DNA of 64,000 nucleotides. Source: a virus. Of the stretch, positions 32,527 to 42,159 are shown piece after piece (the first letter of the stretch is position 1; every line of letters begins with the position of its first letter). The notes under the pieces were generated by a model. That model saw nothing but the letters and a program-made list of their open reading frames with translations. It made no database searches and had not been told where the DNA came from. Location of the stretch: positions 44,668-108,667 of IMG/VR virus record IMGVR_UViG_3300027782_000047. One strand, 5' to 3'. The position numbers and the translations under genes are program-made.

Positions 32527-34194
32527 GTGGCTATAAAACTATTTGGCTTCACAATCGGTGAAAAAGATATTGTTCAGAAGGAAAATCCTGAACAGGCTTC
32601 GTTCGCCCTTCCAACGGAAGCATTGGATGATGGCGCTGTTACGATTACCCAAAATGCTCACTATGGTACATATGTTGACTTAGAAGGCGCAGTTCGCAAC
32701 GAACTAGAATTAATTACTCGCTATCGTGAAATGTCCAATCACCCAGAGTGTGATATGGCAATTACTGAGATTGTAGATGAAGCAATCAGTCACGATGATA
32801 AAGGTAAAGTTGTTGATATCGTTCTTGATGATTTGAAGCAACCAGAATCAATTAAGAAAAAAATCAGAGAAGAATTTGATAATGTTTTATCAATGTTAAA
32901 CTTCTCAAACTTAGCAGATGATATCTTCCGTCGTTGGTATATTGATGGAAGAATTTATTTTCATATTATCGTAAACGAATCTAATCCTAAAGAAGGTATT
33001 CAAGAGTTACGATACATTGATCCACGCAAAATTCGCAAAGTGCGTGAAGTGCAAAAAGGTCGTGATTTAAAAACAGGTGCAGACATTATCAAATCAATGG
33101 CTGAATACTATGTCTACAACGACAAAGGCACAACTGCACAAAATTATACAGCAAGCGTTAATTCTGGACTAAGAATTGCACCAGATGCAATTGTAAATGT
33201 TAATTCTGGAATGATGGATGCAAAGAACACATTTGTTATTTCTTATCTACACAAAGCAATTAAGCCACTCAATCAATTACGTATGATTGAAGATGCGATT
33301 GTTATCTATCGTGTATCGAGAGCACCAGAGCGTAGAGTATTTTACATTGACGTAGGTAATTTACCAAAGGGTAAAGCTGAACAATACTTGCGTGATGTTA
33401 TGGTTAAGTATAAAAACAAAGTTGTTTATGATGCTAACACTGGCGAATTGCGTGATGACCGTAAACACATGTCTATGCTTGAAGACTTTTGGTTACCTCG
33501 CCGTGAAGGTGGTAAAGGTACAGAGATTACTACATTGCCAGCTGGTCAAAATCTTGGTCAAATGGAAGACGTACAATACTTTCAAAAGAAATTATTACAG
33601 TCATTGAATGTTCCTTACTCAAGACTTGAGCCACAAGGTGGTGGTCTGGTTGGTCTTGGTAGAACAACTGAAGTTACCCGTGATGAATTAAAATTTAATA
33701 AGTTTGTTGTTAAACTACGCAACAAATTTTCTCAAATATTTGACCACGCACTTAAGATACAACTATCACTAAAAGGTATTTGTTCACAGGAAGAATGGGA
33801 AACATTTAGAGAAGATGTTTTCTATGACTATAGAAAAGATAATAATTTTACAGAATTGCGTGATGCCGAATTGCTATCACAAAGATTACAAACACTTGGA
33901 CAAATTGATCCATATGTTGGCCGTTATTACTCACAAGAGTGGGTAAAGAAAAATGTATTGCATTTGACGGACGATGAAGTAGAAGAAATGCAAAAGCAAA
34001 TTGATTCTGCTCCTGAAACACAACAACTTGGTCCAGATGGTCAACCAATGCAACAAGATATGCAACAACCAGACCAAGCTACGCCAGCACAATTTCCACC
34101 AGAAGATAACGTGACAGAAACAGGATCAGAAGAATCTTCAACACCAGAATTAGATAGTGTTGTAAAGAGATTTGGAAGAGTTATAAATAGGTAA
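32527..34194 (+). CDS. gp20: Portal protein gp20 (GTG start)
   Basis: 'LFGF', 'WYIDGR', 'YRVSRAPERRVFYIDVGNLPK.KAEQY', 'EDFWLPRREGGKGTEITTLP'. Confidence 0.97.
   Translation: MAIKLFGFTIGEKDIVQKENPEQASFALPTEALDDGAVTITQNAHYGTYVDLEGAVRNELELITRYREMSNHPECDMAITEIVDEAISHDDKGKVVDIVLDDLKQPESIKKKIREEFDNVLSMLNFSNLADDIFRRWYIDGRIYFHIIVNESNPKEGIQELRYIDPRKIRKVREVQKGRDLKTGADIIKSMAEYYVYNDKGTTAQNYTASVNSGLRIAPDAIVNVNSGMMDAKNTFVISYLHKAIKPLNQLRMIEDAIVIYRVSRAPERRVFYIDVGNLPKGKAEQYLRDVMVKYKNKVVYDANTGELRDDRKHMSMLEDFWLPRREGGKGTEITTLPAGQNLGQMEDVQYFQKKLLQSLNVPYSRLEPQGGGLVGLGRTTEVTRDELKFNKFVVKLRNKFSQIFDHALKIQLSLKGICSQEEWETFREDVFYDYRKDNNFTELRDAELLSQRLQTLGQIDPYVGRYYSQEWVKKNVLHLTDDEVEEMQKQIDSAPETQQLGPDGQPMQQDMQQPDQATPAQFPPEDNVTETGSEESSTPELDSVVKRFGRVINR
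34182..34189 (+). promoter_or_regulatory. T4 late promoter TATAAATA
   Basis: Exact consensus at the end of gp20. Confidence 0.7.
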
Positions 34195-34207
34195 TAAAGG
34201 AGTAATT

Positions 34208-34387
34208 ATGGACACAAGACAATTTATAGATTTGCTTGGCGCTGGTGAAAGTGCCGAAGCTAAGAATGCTTTAGAAGAATTGATTTCTGCAAAAGCATTT
34301 GAAGCATTAGACGCAAAGAAACAAGAAATTGGTTCAACACTATTTAATGGTAGAGAACAAGAAGTAGAAACGCAAGAAGAACAATGA
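34208..34387 (+). CDS. gp67: Prohead core protein gp67-like (59 aa; below the ORF-track cutoff)
   Basis: Translated by hand: MDTRQFIDLLGAGESAEAKNALEELISAKAFEALDAKKQEIGSTLFNGREQEVETQEEQ; AAGGAG SD; synteny after portal. Confidence 0.75.
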   Translation: MDTRQFIDLLGAGESAEAKNALEELISAKAFEALDAKKQEIGSTLFNGREQEVETQEEQ

Positions 34388-35280
34388 AGTCTTTACAAGA
34401 ATTTAAAACTGTCGTTGAAGAAGAAAAGCAAGACTTTACAAAGTTTGATGCACTAGTACGTGCAGGCTTGGCTAACAAAGCACAACTTCAAAGACTACAC
34501 CAAATTCTTGGTAAAATGTCAGAGGAGAAGCCAAACTTTTCTCCTGCTGACCGTGCTATCATTCAAAACATGTTTACTAAAATGGTAGATATGATTACGA
34601 ATAATCCACAGATGTATCGCACTGCACGTAAAGCAGTATCAGAAGGTTTGTTAGATACATCAGATTTCAAACTTGACATTCTTGGTAGAAAAGTAAAAGC
34701 ACACAGAGTTAAAGTTGGTGATGATGCTTTGAATACATTACCAGCAGATAACATTAAAGAAGAAATAGAAATGATTGGTGAGGATCTTCGGAATGAGCCT
34801 CCATTCGTATTGCTTCTAAAAAGAACAGCGGTGCGTTTGTATCCTGGTAATGTTAGAGTTGCAACGTATCACAATCAAAAGTTGAATAGAGATTTTGCTA
34901 TTCCATTTTCAATAACCGGCACCGGTGATATTCAGTCCGAAGAAGTTAGCAATGATGAATTCAAAGACCAGATTAAAAAAGCACAAGATAAGTCTACAGG
35001 TAAAATAAAAGCCAATGTAGCTAAAGGCGCAGTTCAATCGGTATCAATTGAAGAAGCAGTTATGGATACACTTCACAAGATTGTTGCTGGTAAGTCTGCA
35101 CAGTCGGTAAAGTTTGCAACTGGTGAAACTCGTAAAGTTGACCACTTCACAGCATCAGCTTTGACACAAGTGCATAAAGCATTGAATGACGAAAACAAAA
35201 AGAAGTTTGCTGATATGGTACATAAGTCACCCGCACATTTTTCTAAAGCGTCAGACTTTGCGTTCAGTAAAGCTAAATGA
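34384..35280 (+). CDS. Hypothetical protein, probable internal head/prohead core component
   Basis: ATGA overlaps at both ends; several (L/I/V)-x-E motifs resembling gp21 cleavage sites. Confidence 0.6.
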   Translation: MKSLQEFKTVVEEEKQDFTKFDALVRAGLANKAQLQRLHQILGKMSEEKPNFSPADRAIIQNMFTKMVDMITNNPQMYRTARKAVSEGLLDTSDFKLDILGRKVKAHRVKVGDDALNTLPADNIKEEIEMIGEDLRNEPPFVLLLKRTAVRLYPGNVRVATYHNQKLNRDFAIPFSITGTGDIQSEEVSNDEFKDQIKKAQDKSTGKIKANVAKGAVQSVSIEEAVMDTLHKIVAGKSAQSVKFATGETRKVDHFTASALTQVHKALNDENKKKFADMVHKSPAHFSKASDFAFSKAK

Positions 35281-35708
35281 AATTAATTGATTTAATTTTT
35301 GAAGGTAAACTTGTAGAAGCGAAAGAAGAACTTTTTACTCGCTTGAATGAAGTTGCTTCTAAAAGATTAGAAGAAATAAAGCGTACCGTTGCAGCCGATA
35401 TATATGAAGAAGTGGAAGTAATTGATGAAGCAAACGTTCAACGTATGGGTAGAATCCAAAAGATTCGCCGTAGAATTAGACGCAACGCAAAGGGTAGAAT
35501 TATTGTTCAACGCAATGTAAGACGTTCAGCAATAAAAGGATTTAGAATTTCTGGTAATACAGTTAAAAGAATTCCTGCAATGGCAAGAATTCAAAAGTCA
35601 AGAAAGTTAAAGAGATATTGGAAAACTAAAGGTAGAGCAAAGTTGAATAGAACATTACTGAAAAGAAAAATGTCTTTGCGCCGCCGCACTTCAATGGGAA
35701 TAAAATAA
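35277..35708 (+). CDS. gp68: Prohead core protein gp68-like
   Basis: Acidic N-half, very Arg/Lys-rich C-half ending 'KRKMSLRRR..MG'; synteny. Confidence 0.75.
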   Translation: MKLIDLIFEGKLVEAKEELFTRLNEVASKRLEEIKRTVAADIYEEVEVIDEANVQRMGRIQKIRRRIRRNAKGRIIVQRNVRRSAIKGFRISGNTVKRIPAMARIQKSRKLKRYWKTKGRAKLNRTLLKRKMSLRRRTSMGIK

Positions 35709-35709
35709 A

Positions 35710-36078
35710 ATGGCATTCGAAATAACAAACCAACTAAGAAGCCCAAGTATTATTAGGGTAGAAGGTCCTTCAACAGTAAATGTTAATATAAGTCAATTAT
35801 CAACAAATACTGCTTTAGAAACTGTTCTGTCTGCAAATATTAAACGTATTGCTTGGTCAACAGGCGGTAGTATATCTGTTGGCAGACATGGAGCAAGTAA
35901 TACGTTGATAACTTTAGCCACATTATTTAACAGTGGGCAGATAAATCTTGATGAACTGGGCACTAGTTTAGCCAACACTAATACAGGTAATGTTACAGTT
36001 ACCATCGCAACTAGCGGTACTGTTTTCTTGGAAGTGTCTAAAACTGCAACATATTCAACAGATTTGGATAGAACATAA
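35710..36078 (+). CDS. Hypothetical head-region protein
   Basis: 122-aa beta-rich ORF between gp68 and gp21. Confidence 0.6.
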   Translation: MAFEITNQLRSPSIIRVEGPSTVNVNISQLSTNTALETVLSANIKRIAWSTGGSISVGRHGASNTLITLATLFNSGQINLDELGTSLANTNTGNVTVTIATSGTVFLEVSKTATYSTDLDRT

Positions 36079-36079
36079 A

Positions 36080-36730
36080 ATGAAATTAATTACAGAAACA
36101 ATTGAAGACGTTCAGTATATTACTGAAGTAAAAGAAAACGGAAAGAAAAACCTTTTTATTGAAGGAGTCTTTCTAGTTGGAGAACAAGCTAACAAGAATC
36201 GTAGAATGTACAAGATGGATACACTACGAGAAGAAGTTGGCCGATATAACCAAGAGTACATTATGACAAATCGTGCTTTGGGAGAATTAGGTCATCCAGA
36301 CACACCAACATTAAATTTAGAACGTGTCTCACATAAAATCATTTCTCTTAAAGAAAATGGTAATGTTTTTATTGGTAAAGCACAAATTCTTGAGACACCA
36401 TACGGCAACATTGTAAAGAACTTTATTGATTCTGGAGTTAGTCTAGGTGTTTCCTCAAGAGGCATGGGTTCTTTGATTCCTGGTGAAGACGGAATTAACA
36501 TTGTTGGTGGTGATTTTCGTTTGGCTACGGCCGCAGATATTGTTGCTGATCCTTCAGCACCAGGTGCATTCGTAAACGGCATTATGGAAAACAAAGAATG
36601 GTTATTTGTTGAAGGACGTTTTGTTGAAGTTGATATTGACAGAACGAAACAAGCAATTCAAAGAGCCCCAAGAAAAGATGTTGAAAAAGTGGCTATTCGC
36701 CTCTTTGAAAATTTTCTATCAAAACTTTAA
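36080..36730 (+). CDS. gp21: Prohead protease gp21
   Basis: MKLITE start; 'NKNRRMY', 'ALGELGHP', 'LGVSSRGMGS', 'ADIVADPSAP.AFV'. Confidence 0.96.
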   Translation: MKLITETIEDVQYITEVKENGKKNLFIEGVFLVGEQANKNRRMYKMDTLREEVGRYNQEYIMTNRALGELGHPDTPTLNLERVSHKIISLKENGNVFIGKAQILETPYGNIVKNFIDSGVSLGVSSRGMGSLIPGEDGINIVGGDFRLATAADIVADPSAPGAFVNGIMENKEWLFVEGRFVEVDIDRTKQAIQRAPRKDVEKVAIRLFENFLSKL

Positions 36731-36734
36731 TTAT

Positions 36735-36742
36735 TATAAATA
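36735..36742 (+). promoter_or_regulatory. T4 late promoter TATAAATA
   Basis: Exact consensus upstream of gp22. Confidence 0.75.
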
Positions 36743-36766
36743 AATATACACAAAAGGAGATTCCTA

Positions 36767-37783
36767 ATGGCTACAAATAAACTTTTTGAGGCGGCTGCTG
36801 AGATTCTTGCATCAGGCAAGGGTAAGAATGCTATGCCTCCAGAAAAGCTACCTGGCGAACAAGTTGATGCTGGCGGTCCAACCCCAATGAATGCCAAGCA
36901 AGACGATGACTCGCACAAAATTACACCAGCTACAAAGAGCGCAACCGCTCCTACTACTAAACCTTCTGCCGCTTCTGCTAAACAAGAAGAAGTAGAAGTT
37001 GAGGGCGAAGTTGTTTCAGAAGAACAAATTGAAGAAGTTGAATTAAATCTTTCCGAAGATATCAACGCTTTGTTTGCTGATGACAACACAATCTCAGAAG
37101 AATTCAAACAAAAAGTTACCACAATTTTTGAAGCCCGTGTCCTTGACCGTGTTAAACAAATTGAGGAAGAAACTGAATCTCGCTACGCATTTATGCTAGA
37201 AGAAGCAGTTGAAGCAGTTAAAGAAGACTTGACCGAAAAAGTAAATGACTATATTGCTTATGTGGTTGAGCAGTGGATGGCAGACAATGAAATCGCAATT
37301 GAAAAAGGCATTCGTGCTGAATTGACAGAAGATTTCATCTCTGGTCTCCGTAACCTATTCGCAGAACACTACATTGATGTTCCTGCAGAGAAAGTTGACC
37401 TCGTTGACGAAATGGCTACCAAGATTGATGAATTGGAAGGCAAGTTAAACGAGGAAGTTGAGCGTTCAGTACAGTATCGTAAAGAACTTGTTGAAGCTCA
37501 CAAAGTAGAAGTTACCCGTGAAGTATGTGAAGGTTTGACCGACACTCAAGTTGAAAAAATTAAAACACTTGCAGAGAGTGTAGAGTTCTCCACAGAGGAA
37601 GAATACAAACAAAAACTTGAGACAATTCGTGAGAATTATTTCCCTTCTGGTGTAAAGAAGGCCGATGGAGCCCAACTTCACGAACAAATGAATGAAGATG
37701 TTGAAGACAAGAAACCACAAGTTTCTAGCGATGCATTCGTTAATTCAATTGTTCAATCAATTTCAAAAACAAACAGATTTTAA
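36767..37783 (+). CDS. gp22: Prohead scaffolding protein gp22
   Basis: Acidic coiled coil; 'SEEFK.K..TIFEA', 'YVVEQW', 'LF.EHYIDVP.EK'. Confidence 0.93.
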   Translation: MATNKLFEAAAEILASGKGKNAMPPEKLPGEQVDAGGPTPMNAKQDDDSHKITPATKSATAPTTKPSAASAKQEEVEVEGEVVSEEQIEEVELNLSEDINALFADDNTISEEFKQKVTTIFEARVLDRVKQIEEETESRYAFMLEEAVEAVKEDLTEKVNDYIAYVVEQWMADNEIAIEKGIRAELTEDFISGLRNLFAEHYIDVPAEKVDLVDEMATKIDELEGKLNEEVERSVQYRKELVEAHKVEVTREVCEGLTDTQVEKIKTLAESVEFSTEEEYKQKLETIRENYFPSGVKKADGAQLHEQMNEDVEDKKPQVSSDAFVNSIVQSISKTNRF

Positions 37784-37806
37784 TTTAAACCCAAGGAGAA
37801 CTCTAA

Positions 37807-39141
37807 ATGTATCTTTCCGAAGACCTACAAAAAAAATGGGCGCCTGTTCTAGAACATAGCGACCTACCAAAAATTTCTGATCCATACAAACGTGCTGTTA
37901 CAGCATTGGTACTTGAGAACCAAGTACAAGCTATGGCTAAAGAAAATGGCTATCTAACAGAAGCGTCACCAACCAACTCAGCTGGTACTGGTGGTTTCGG
38001 TAGCGGTGCGCTTGCTACTGGTGCTGTTGCTGGTTTTGACCCAATCCTTATCAGCTTGGTTCGCCGTTCATTGCCTAACCTAATTGCTTATGATATCTGC
38101 GGTGTTCAGCCTATGACTGGACCAACAGGTATGATTTTCGCAATGCGTTCAATCTATGGTACCAACACTCAGCCATCAGGTACAAATGAAGCCTTCTACA
38201 ACGAAGCTAATACTAACTTCTCGGCTGCTGGTGCTTCCCTAGCACAACAAACCTTTGCTATGAAGTCTGCTACATCTGATCGTCCATATGGCGTGTTTGA
38301 TGCTAACACTTCTACAGGTTTGACCACAGCTTCTGGTGAAGGCGATGCTCTACAAGAAATGGGCTTCTCAATTGAGAAAGTTACTGTTACTGCACGTACT
38401 CGTCAATTGAAAGCAGAATACTCAATGGAATTGGCACAAGACTTGAAAGCAGTTCATGGTCTTGACGCTGAAACCGAATTGAGCAACATTCTTTCTTCTG
38501 AGATTCTTGCTGAAATCAACCGTGAAGTTCTACGTACAATCTATACAGTTGCTAAAGTTGGCTGTAAAGTTGGTACAACCACAGTTGGTACTTTTGACCT
38601 TGACACCGATTCTAACGGTCGTTGGATGGTTGAAAAAGTTAAAGGCTTGGCATTCCAATTGGAACGTGAAGCTAACACCATTGCTAAGACAACCCGTCGT
38701 GGTAAAGGTAACGTGATGATTTGTTCTTCTGATGTAGCTTCTGCTCTTGCAATGGCTGGCATCCTAGACTATTCATCAGCACTACAAGGTCAAGTTAACC
38801 TAACAGTTGATGATACCGGTAACACCTTTGCTGGTACATTGTTCGGTCGTATCAAAGTGTACATTGATCCATATTTCGGCGCTAACTCTACTTCTGAGTT
38901 CGCAGTTATGGGCTTCAAAGGTTCTAACGCTTATGATGCTGGTCTATTCTACTGCCCATACGTTCCTCTACAAATGGTTCGTGCAGTTGATACCACAACC
39001 TTCCAGCCAAAAATTGGCTTCAAGACCCGCTACGGTCTAGTTGCTAACCCATTTGCTGAAGGCGCAACTCAAGGTCAAGGTGCTTTGACTGTAGGTGGAA
39101 ACTTCTACTACCGTGGTTTCAAGATTACTAACATTATGTAA
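37807..39141 (+). CDS. gp23: Major capsid protein gp23
   Basis: 'KWAPVL', 'LISLVRR..PNLIAYDICGVQPMTGPTG', 'KAEYSMELAQDLKAVHGLDAE', 'FQPKIGFKTRYG'. Confidence 0.98.
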   Translation: MYLSEDLQKKWAPVLEHSDLPKISDPYKRAVTALVLENQVQAMAKENGYLTEASPTNSAGTGGFGSGALATGAVAGFDPILISLVRRSLPNLIAYDICGVQPMTGPTGMIFAMRSIYGTNTQPSGTNEAFYNEANTNFSAAGASLAQQTFAMKSATSDRPYGVFDANTSTGLTTASGEGDALQEMGFSIEKVTVTARTRQLKAEYSMELAQDLKAVHGLDAETELSNILSSEILAEINREVLRTIYTVAKVGCKVGTTTVGTFDLDTDSNGRWMVEKVKGLAFQLEREANTIAKTTRRGKGNVMICSSDVASALAMAGILDYSSALQGQVNLTVDDTGNTFAGTLFGRIKVYIDPYFGANSTSEFAVMGFKGSNAYDAGLFYCPYVPLQMVRAVDTTTFQPKIGFKTRYGLVANPFAEGATQGQGALTVGGNFYYRGFKITNIM

Positions 39142-39169
39142 TCTAAGCCTCCATTAAGAGGGGTACTTT

Positions 39170-39198
39170 AAAGGGGAACAGAAATGTTCCCCTTTTTT
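39170..39198 (+). terminator. Rho-independent terminator after gp23
   Basis: AAAGGGGAACA-GAAA-TGTTCCCCTTT hairpin with GNRA loop and T-run. Confidence 0.9.
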
Positions 39199-39202
39199 CG
39201 TT

Positions 39203-39210
39203 TATAAATA
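39203..39210 (+). promoter_or_regulatory. T4 late promoter TATAAATA
   Basis: Exact consensus 5 nt before the gp3 ATG; no SD. Confidence 0.7.
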
Positions 39211-39215
39211 TACAT

Positions 39216-39755
39216 ATGGCAACTACACCAACATCAAGCACTCCACTAAATCAGAATTTTTTACACCCAAATAAGTTTCAATTAACTTTTTCACGGGTGC
39301 CAAACATTCAGTATTTCTGTCAAGCGGTATCAGTACCTGGTATCTCTATGGGAGAAGTACCAGTGTCTACACCATTCGTAGAGAAATATTCTCCTGGTGA
39401 AAAAGCAATCTATGATTTACTTAACGTTACATTTGCTATTGATGAAGAAATGCGTTCATGGATTGAGATACACGATTGGATTCGTGCTATGACATTTCCA
39501 GAAGACTTTGAACAATATCGTGAATTGCCTAGACTATCTAAAAATTTTGGTAATCCAAAGACGCCACAATTTTCTGATGCAACACTTACCATATACTCAT
39601 CTGCATTTACACCACTATACAGATTTAAGTTTGTAGATGTATTTCCAACATCTCTAGCATCATTTATGTTAGCTTCACAAGATACACCAGAAAATGTTCT
39701 AACATCTGATGCATCTTTCAGATATACCTACTACACTATTGACAAAATGTTTTAA
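39216..39755 (+). CDS. gp3: Tail completion/tube terminator gp3-like
   Basis: 'NFL.PNKF', 'YFCQ.V.VPGIS', 'F.IDEEM..W.EIH.W', 'F.DVFPTSL'. Confidence 0.85.
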   Translation: MATTPTSSTPLNQNFLHPNKFQLTFSRVPNIQYFCQAVSVPGISMGEVPVSTPFVEKYSPGEKAIYDLLNVTFAIDEEMRSWIEIHDWIRAMTFPEDFEQYRELPRLSKNFGNPKTPQFSDATLTIYSSAFTPLYRFKFVDVFPTSLASFMLASQDTPENVLTSDASFRYTYYTIDKMF

Positions 39756-39767
39756 TTGATGTATACT
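39739..39767 (+). promoter_or_regulatory. Sigma70-type promoter for uvsY
   Basis: TTGACA-17 nt-TATACT. Confidence 0.8.
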
Positions 39768-39786
39768 CCTACAAGGAGGAATTGTA

Positions 39787-40221
39787 ATGACTAAACTTGA
39801 AGAATTGATGAATGAGTGGAATAAAGATTCCAAAATTGATAGAACAGAGCCTGGTAAAGCACTAATTGATATACCACAGCTTCACAGTAAGTATCTGAAC
39901 ATTCTATCACACCATAAGTTGCTTTGTAAAGATGCTGACTTCAAATATTCCCGGATGAAGAAAATTAAATGGGAATACTATACAGGTAAGATGGGCGATG
40001 ATGATTTGAGAAAGTATGGTTGGGCACCATTTCCATTCACTATCAAGTCTGAAATTACCACATACATGGAAGCAGATGAAGACTTGAATAAATTTATTGC
40101 ATCTAGAATGATGCATGAAGAAATCGTCAGTTGCTGTGAGTTGATTTTGAAAGAACTACATAGTAGAACATTTCAACTTAAATCATTTATTGATTGGGAA
40201 CGGTTCGTACAGGGTGTCTGA
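39787..40221 (+). CDS. uvsY: Recombination mediator UvsY
   Basis: 'W.KDSKID', 'IPQLHSKYL', 'KWEYYTGK', 'R.FQ.K..IDW..F'. Confidence 0.9.
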   Translation: MTKLEELMNEWNKDSKIDRTEPGKALIDIPQLHSKYLNILSHHKLLCKDADFKYSRMKKIKWEYYTGKMGDDDLRKYGWAPFPFTIKSEITTYMEADEDLNKFIASRMMHEEIVSCCELILKELHSRTFQLKSFIDWERFVQGV

Positions 40222-41680
40222 TTTAATTATTAGTAAGGTCAATGAGGCTTATATAAAGTTAGAGTGTGAAAAAAGCCTCGCTCAAGAAATATCTGACCAT
40301 TTCACATTTCATGTTCCTGGATATCAATTTACACCAGCATACAAGAATAGGTTATGGGATGGAAAGATACGTCTTCTTGATTTAAGAACATACTGCATGT
40401 ACTATGGTTTGATACCGTACATTCAAAAGTTTTGTGATGATAGAAACTACAAAGTATATTATTATCCAGAAGTTAACTTAACAAACAATTTTTCAGTTAA
40501 AGAAGCTGAACAGTTTATTGAGACTTTGAATTTACCTATTGTACCAAGAGATTATCAACTATCTTCTTTTGTTCATGCAATAAGAAACAAACGCTCACTA
40601 CTACTTTCGCCAACAGCATCTGGCAAATCTCTCATTCTTTATTTGATTCTCCGCAAGATACAAGATGAAGACCTTAAGAAAGGTTTGTTGATTGTACCAA
40701 CAACATCTTTGGTAGAACAGATGTATTCAGATTTCAAATCATACGGATATGATTCTGAAACAAACTGCCACAAACAATACGCAGGTAAAGATAAAAACAC
40801 AGACAAGTTTTTAACTATTACTACCTGGCAATCTATCTACAATCGTGAGCCAGAATACTTTGAACAATTTGATTTTGTTCTTGGTGATGAAGCGCATCAA
40901 TTTAAAGCTAAGTCGTTGGCTACAATTATGAGTGGTCTTACAGAAACGAAGTATCGTATAGGTTGTACTGGTACTCTTGATGGCACACAAACACACAAAC
41001 TTGTTCTTGAGGGTTTGTTTGGTGCTGTATTAAAAGTAATAACTACCAAAGAATTGATTGACAACAAACAACTTGCAGATTTCAAAATAAAATGTCTGAT
41101 ACTGAAACATTCAGAAGAAGCGTGTAAACAAGCTAGGTCTTGGGACTATCAATCCGAGATAGAATACATAGTTATGAATGCACAAAGAAATGCATTTATT
41201 AAAAATCTAGTTTTGTCATTAAAAGGAAACTCTCTAGTTCTCTTTCAATTGGTTGAGAAACACGGTAAAGAATTGTTTAAGTTGATAGACGCTGAAAAAG
41301 GAAATCGTAAAGTATTTTTTGTTTACGGAGATACAGATGTTGAAGTCCGAGAATCAATTCGTGCTATTACAGAAGAAGAAAATGATGCTATTATTGTGGC
41401 ATCTTATGGCACTTTTAGCACTGGCGTTAACATTCGCAACCTACACAATGTCATCTTTGCTTCTCCATCTAAATCTCGCATTCGCAATTTGCAGTCCATT
41501 GGTCGTGGATTACGAAAGGGCGACAACAAAGAATCAGCAGTCTTATTTGACATTTCAGACGATTTTAGAATAGGCAAGTTTACCAACTTTACCTTGAAAC
41601 ATTTTGTTGAACGTGTTAAAATATATGAAGAAGAAAAGTTCTCCTACAAGTTTTACAACATAGAGTTAAAAAATGCATAA
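40214..41680 (+). CDS. uvsW: SF2 DNA helicase UvsW (probable GTG start)
   Basis: WDGKIRL, PRDYQ, SPTASGKS, DEAH, TGT, STGVNI, QSIGRGLR. Confidence 0.95.
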   Translation: MSDLIISKVNEAYIKLECEKSLAQEISDHFTFHVPGYQFTPAYKNRLWDGKIRLLDLRTYCMYYGLIPYIQKFCDDRNYKVYYYPEVNLTNNFSVKEAEQFIETLNLPIVPRDYQLSSFVHAIRNKRSLLLSPTASGKSLILYLILRKIQDEDLKKGLLIVPTTSLVEQMYSDFKSYGYDSETNCHKQYAGKDKNTDKFLTITTWQSIYNREPEYFEQFDFVLGDEAHQFKAKSLATIMSGLTETKYRIGCTGTLDGTQTHKLVLEGLFGAVLKVITTKELIDNKQLADFKIKCLILKHSEEACKQARSWDYQSEIEYIVMNAQRNAFIKNLVLSLKGNSLVLFQLVEKHGKELFKLIDAEKGNRKVFFVYGDTDVEVRESIRAITEEENDAIIVASYGTFSTGVNIRNLHNVIFASPSKSRIRNLQSIGRGLRKGDNKESAVLFDISDDFRIGKFTNFTLKHFVERVKIYEEEKFSYKFYNIELKNA

Positions 41681-42092
41681 CGAAATAAAAATTCTAAGAT
41701 TACAAGATGGCGAAGATATCATTGCATCTTATCATATAGATGAGGTTAGTAAGATGGTTGTGATGAACAATCCAATGACTTTGTTTTTTAAACGAATCAG
41801 TAGTGGTAAATCCATGGTTATGATGGCACCATGGTTGCCTTTAGAGTTGATTGGTGAGAATACAGCTAAGGTATATGAGACTAGCGTTCTTACGATGATT
41901 GAACCTAAGAAGTCGCTCGTTGATTACTACTTGAGTGCTGTTGAAGAATCTAATGAGTTGATTCAGATGAGTGCAGACGCTATTGATGAAGCGTTGCTTA
42001 ATGAGTGTGACGATGATTATGATGAAGACGATGCTGAGTTTGAGCAAGTTCAAGAGTCAATTAAAGAAACCAAGAAGAACTTATTACATTAA
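41673..42092 (+). CDS. Conserved hypothetical protein (Sm-like fold) between uvsW and gp55
   Basis: 'ILRL.DGEDII', 'PWLP', acidic tail ending LLH; synteny. Confidence 0.7.
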   Translation: MHNEIKILRLQDGEDIIASYHIDEVSKMVVMNNPMTLFFKRISSGKSMVMMAPWLPLELIGENTAKVYETSVLTMIEPKKSLVDYYLSAVEESNELIQMSADAIDEALLNECDDDYDEDDAEFEQVQESIKETKKNLLH

Positions 42093-42112
42093 TTGAAGAC
42101 CCCACAGGGTGT

Positions 42113-42141
42113 ATTGTACGCACGACACTGGCGGTTGTCAA
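42113..42141 (-). promoter_or_regulatory. Antisense sigma70-type promoter upstream of gp55, pointing left
   Basis: Minus strand reads TTGACA-ACCGCCAGTGTCGTGCG (17 nt)-TACAAT. Confidence 0.65.
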
Positions 42142-42159
42142 GTGTTATTTTAGGAAATA

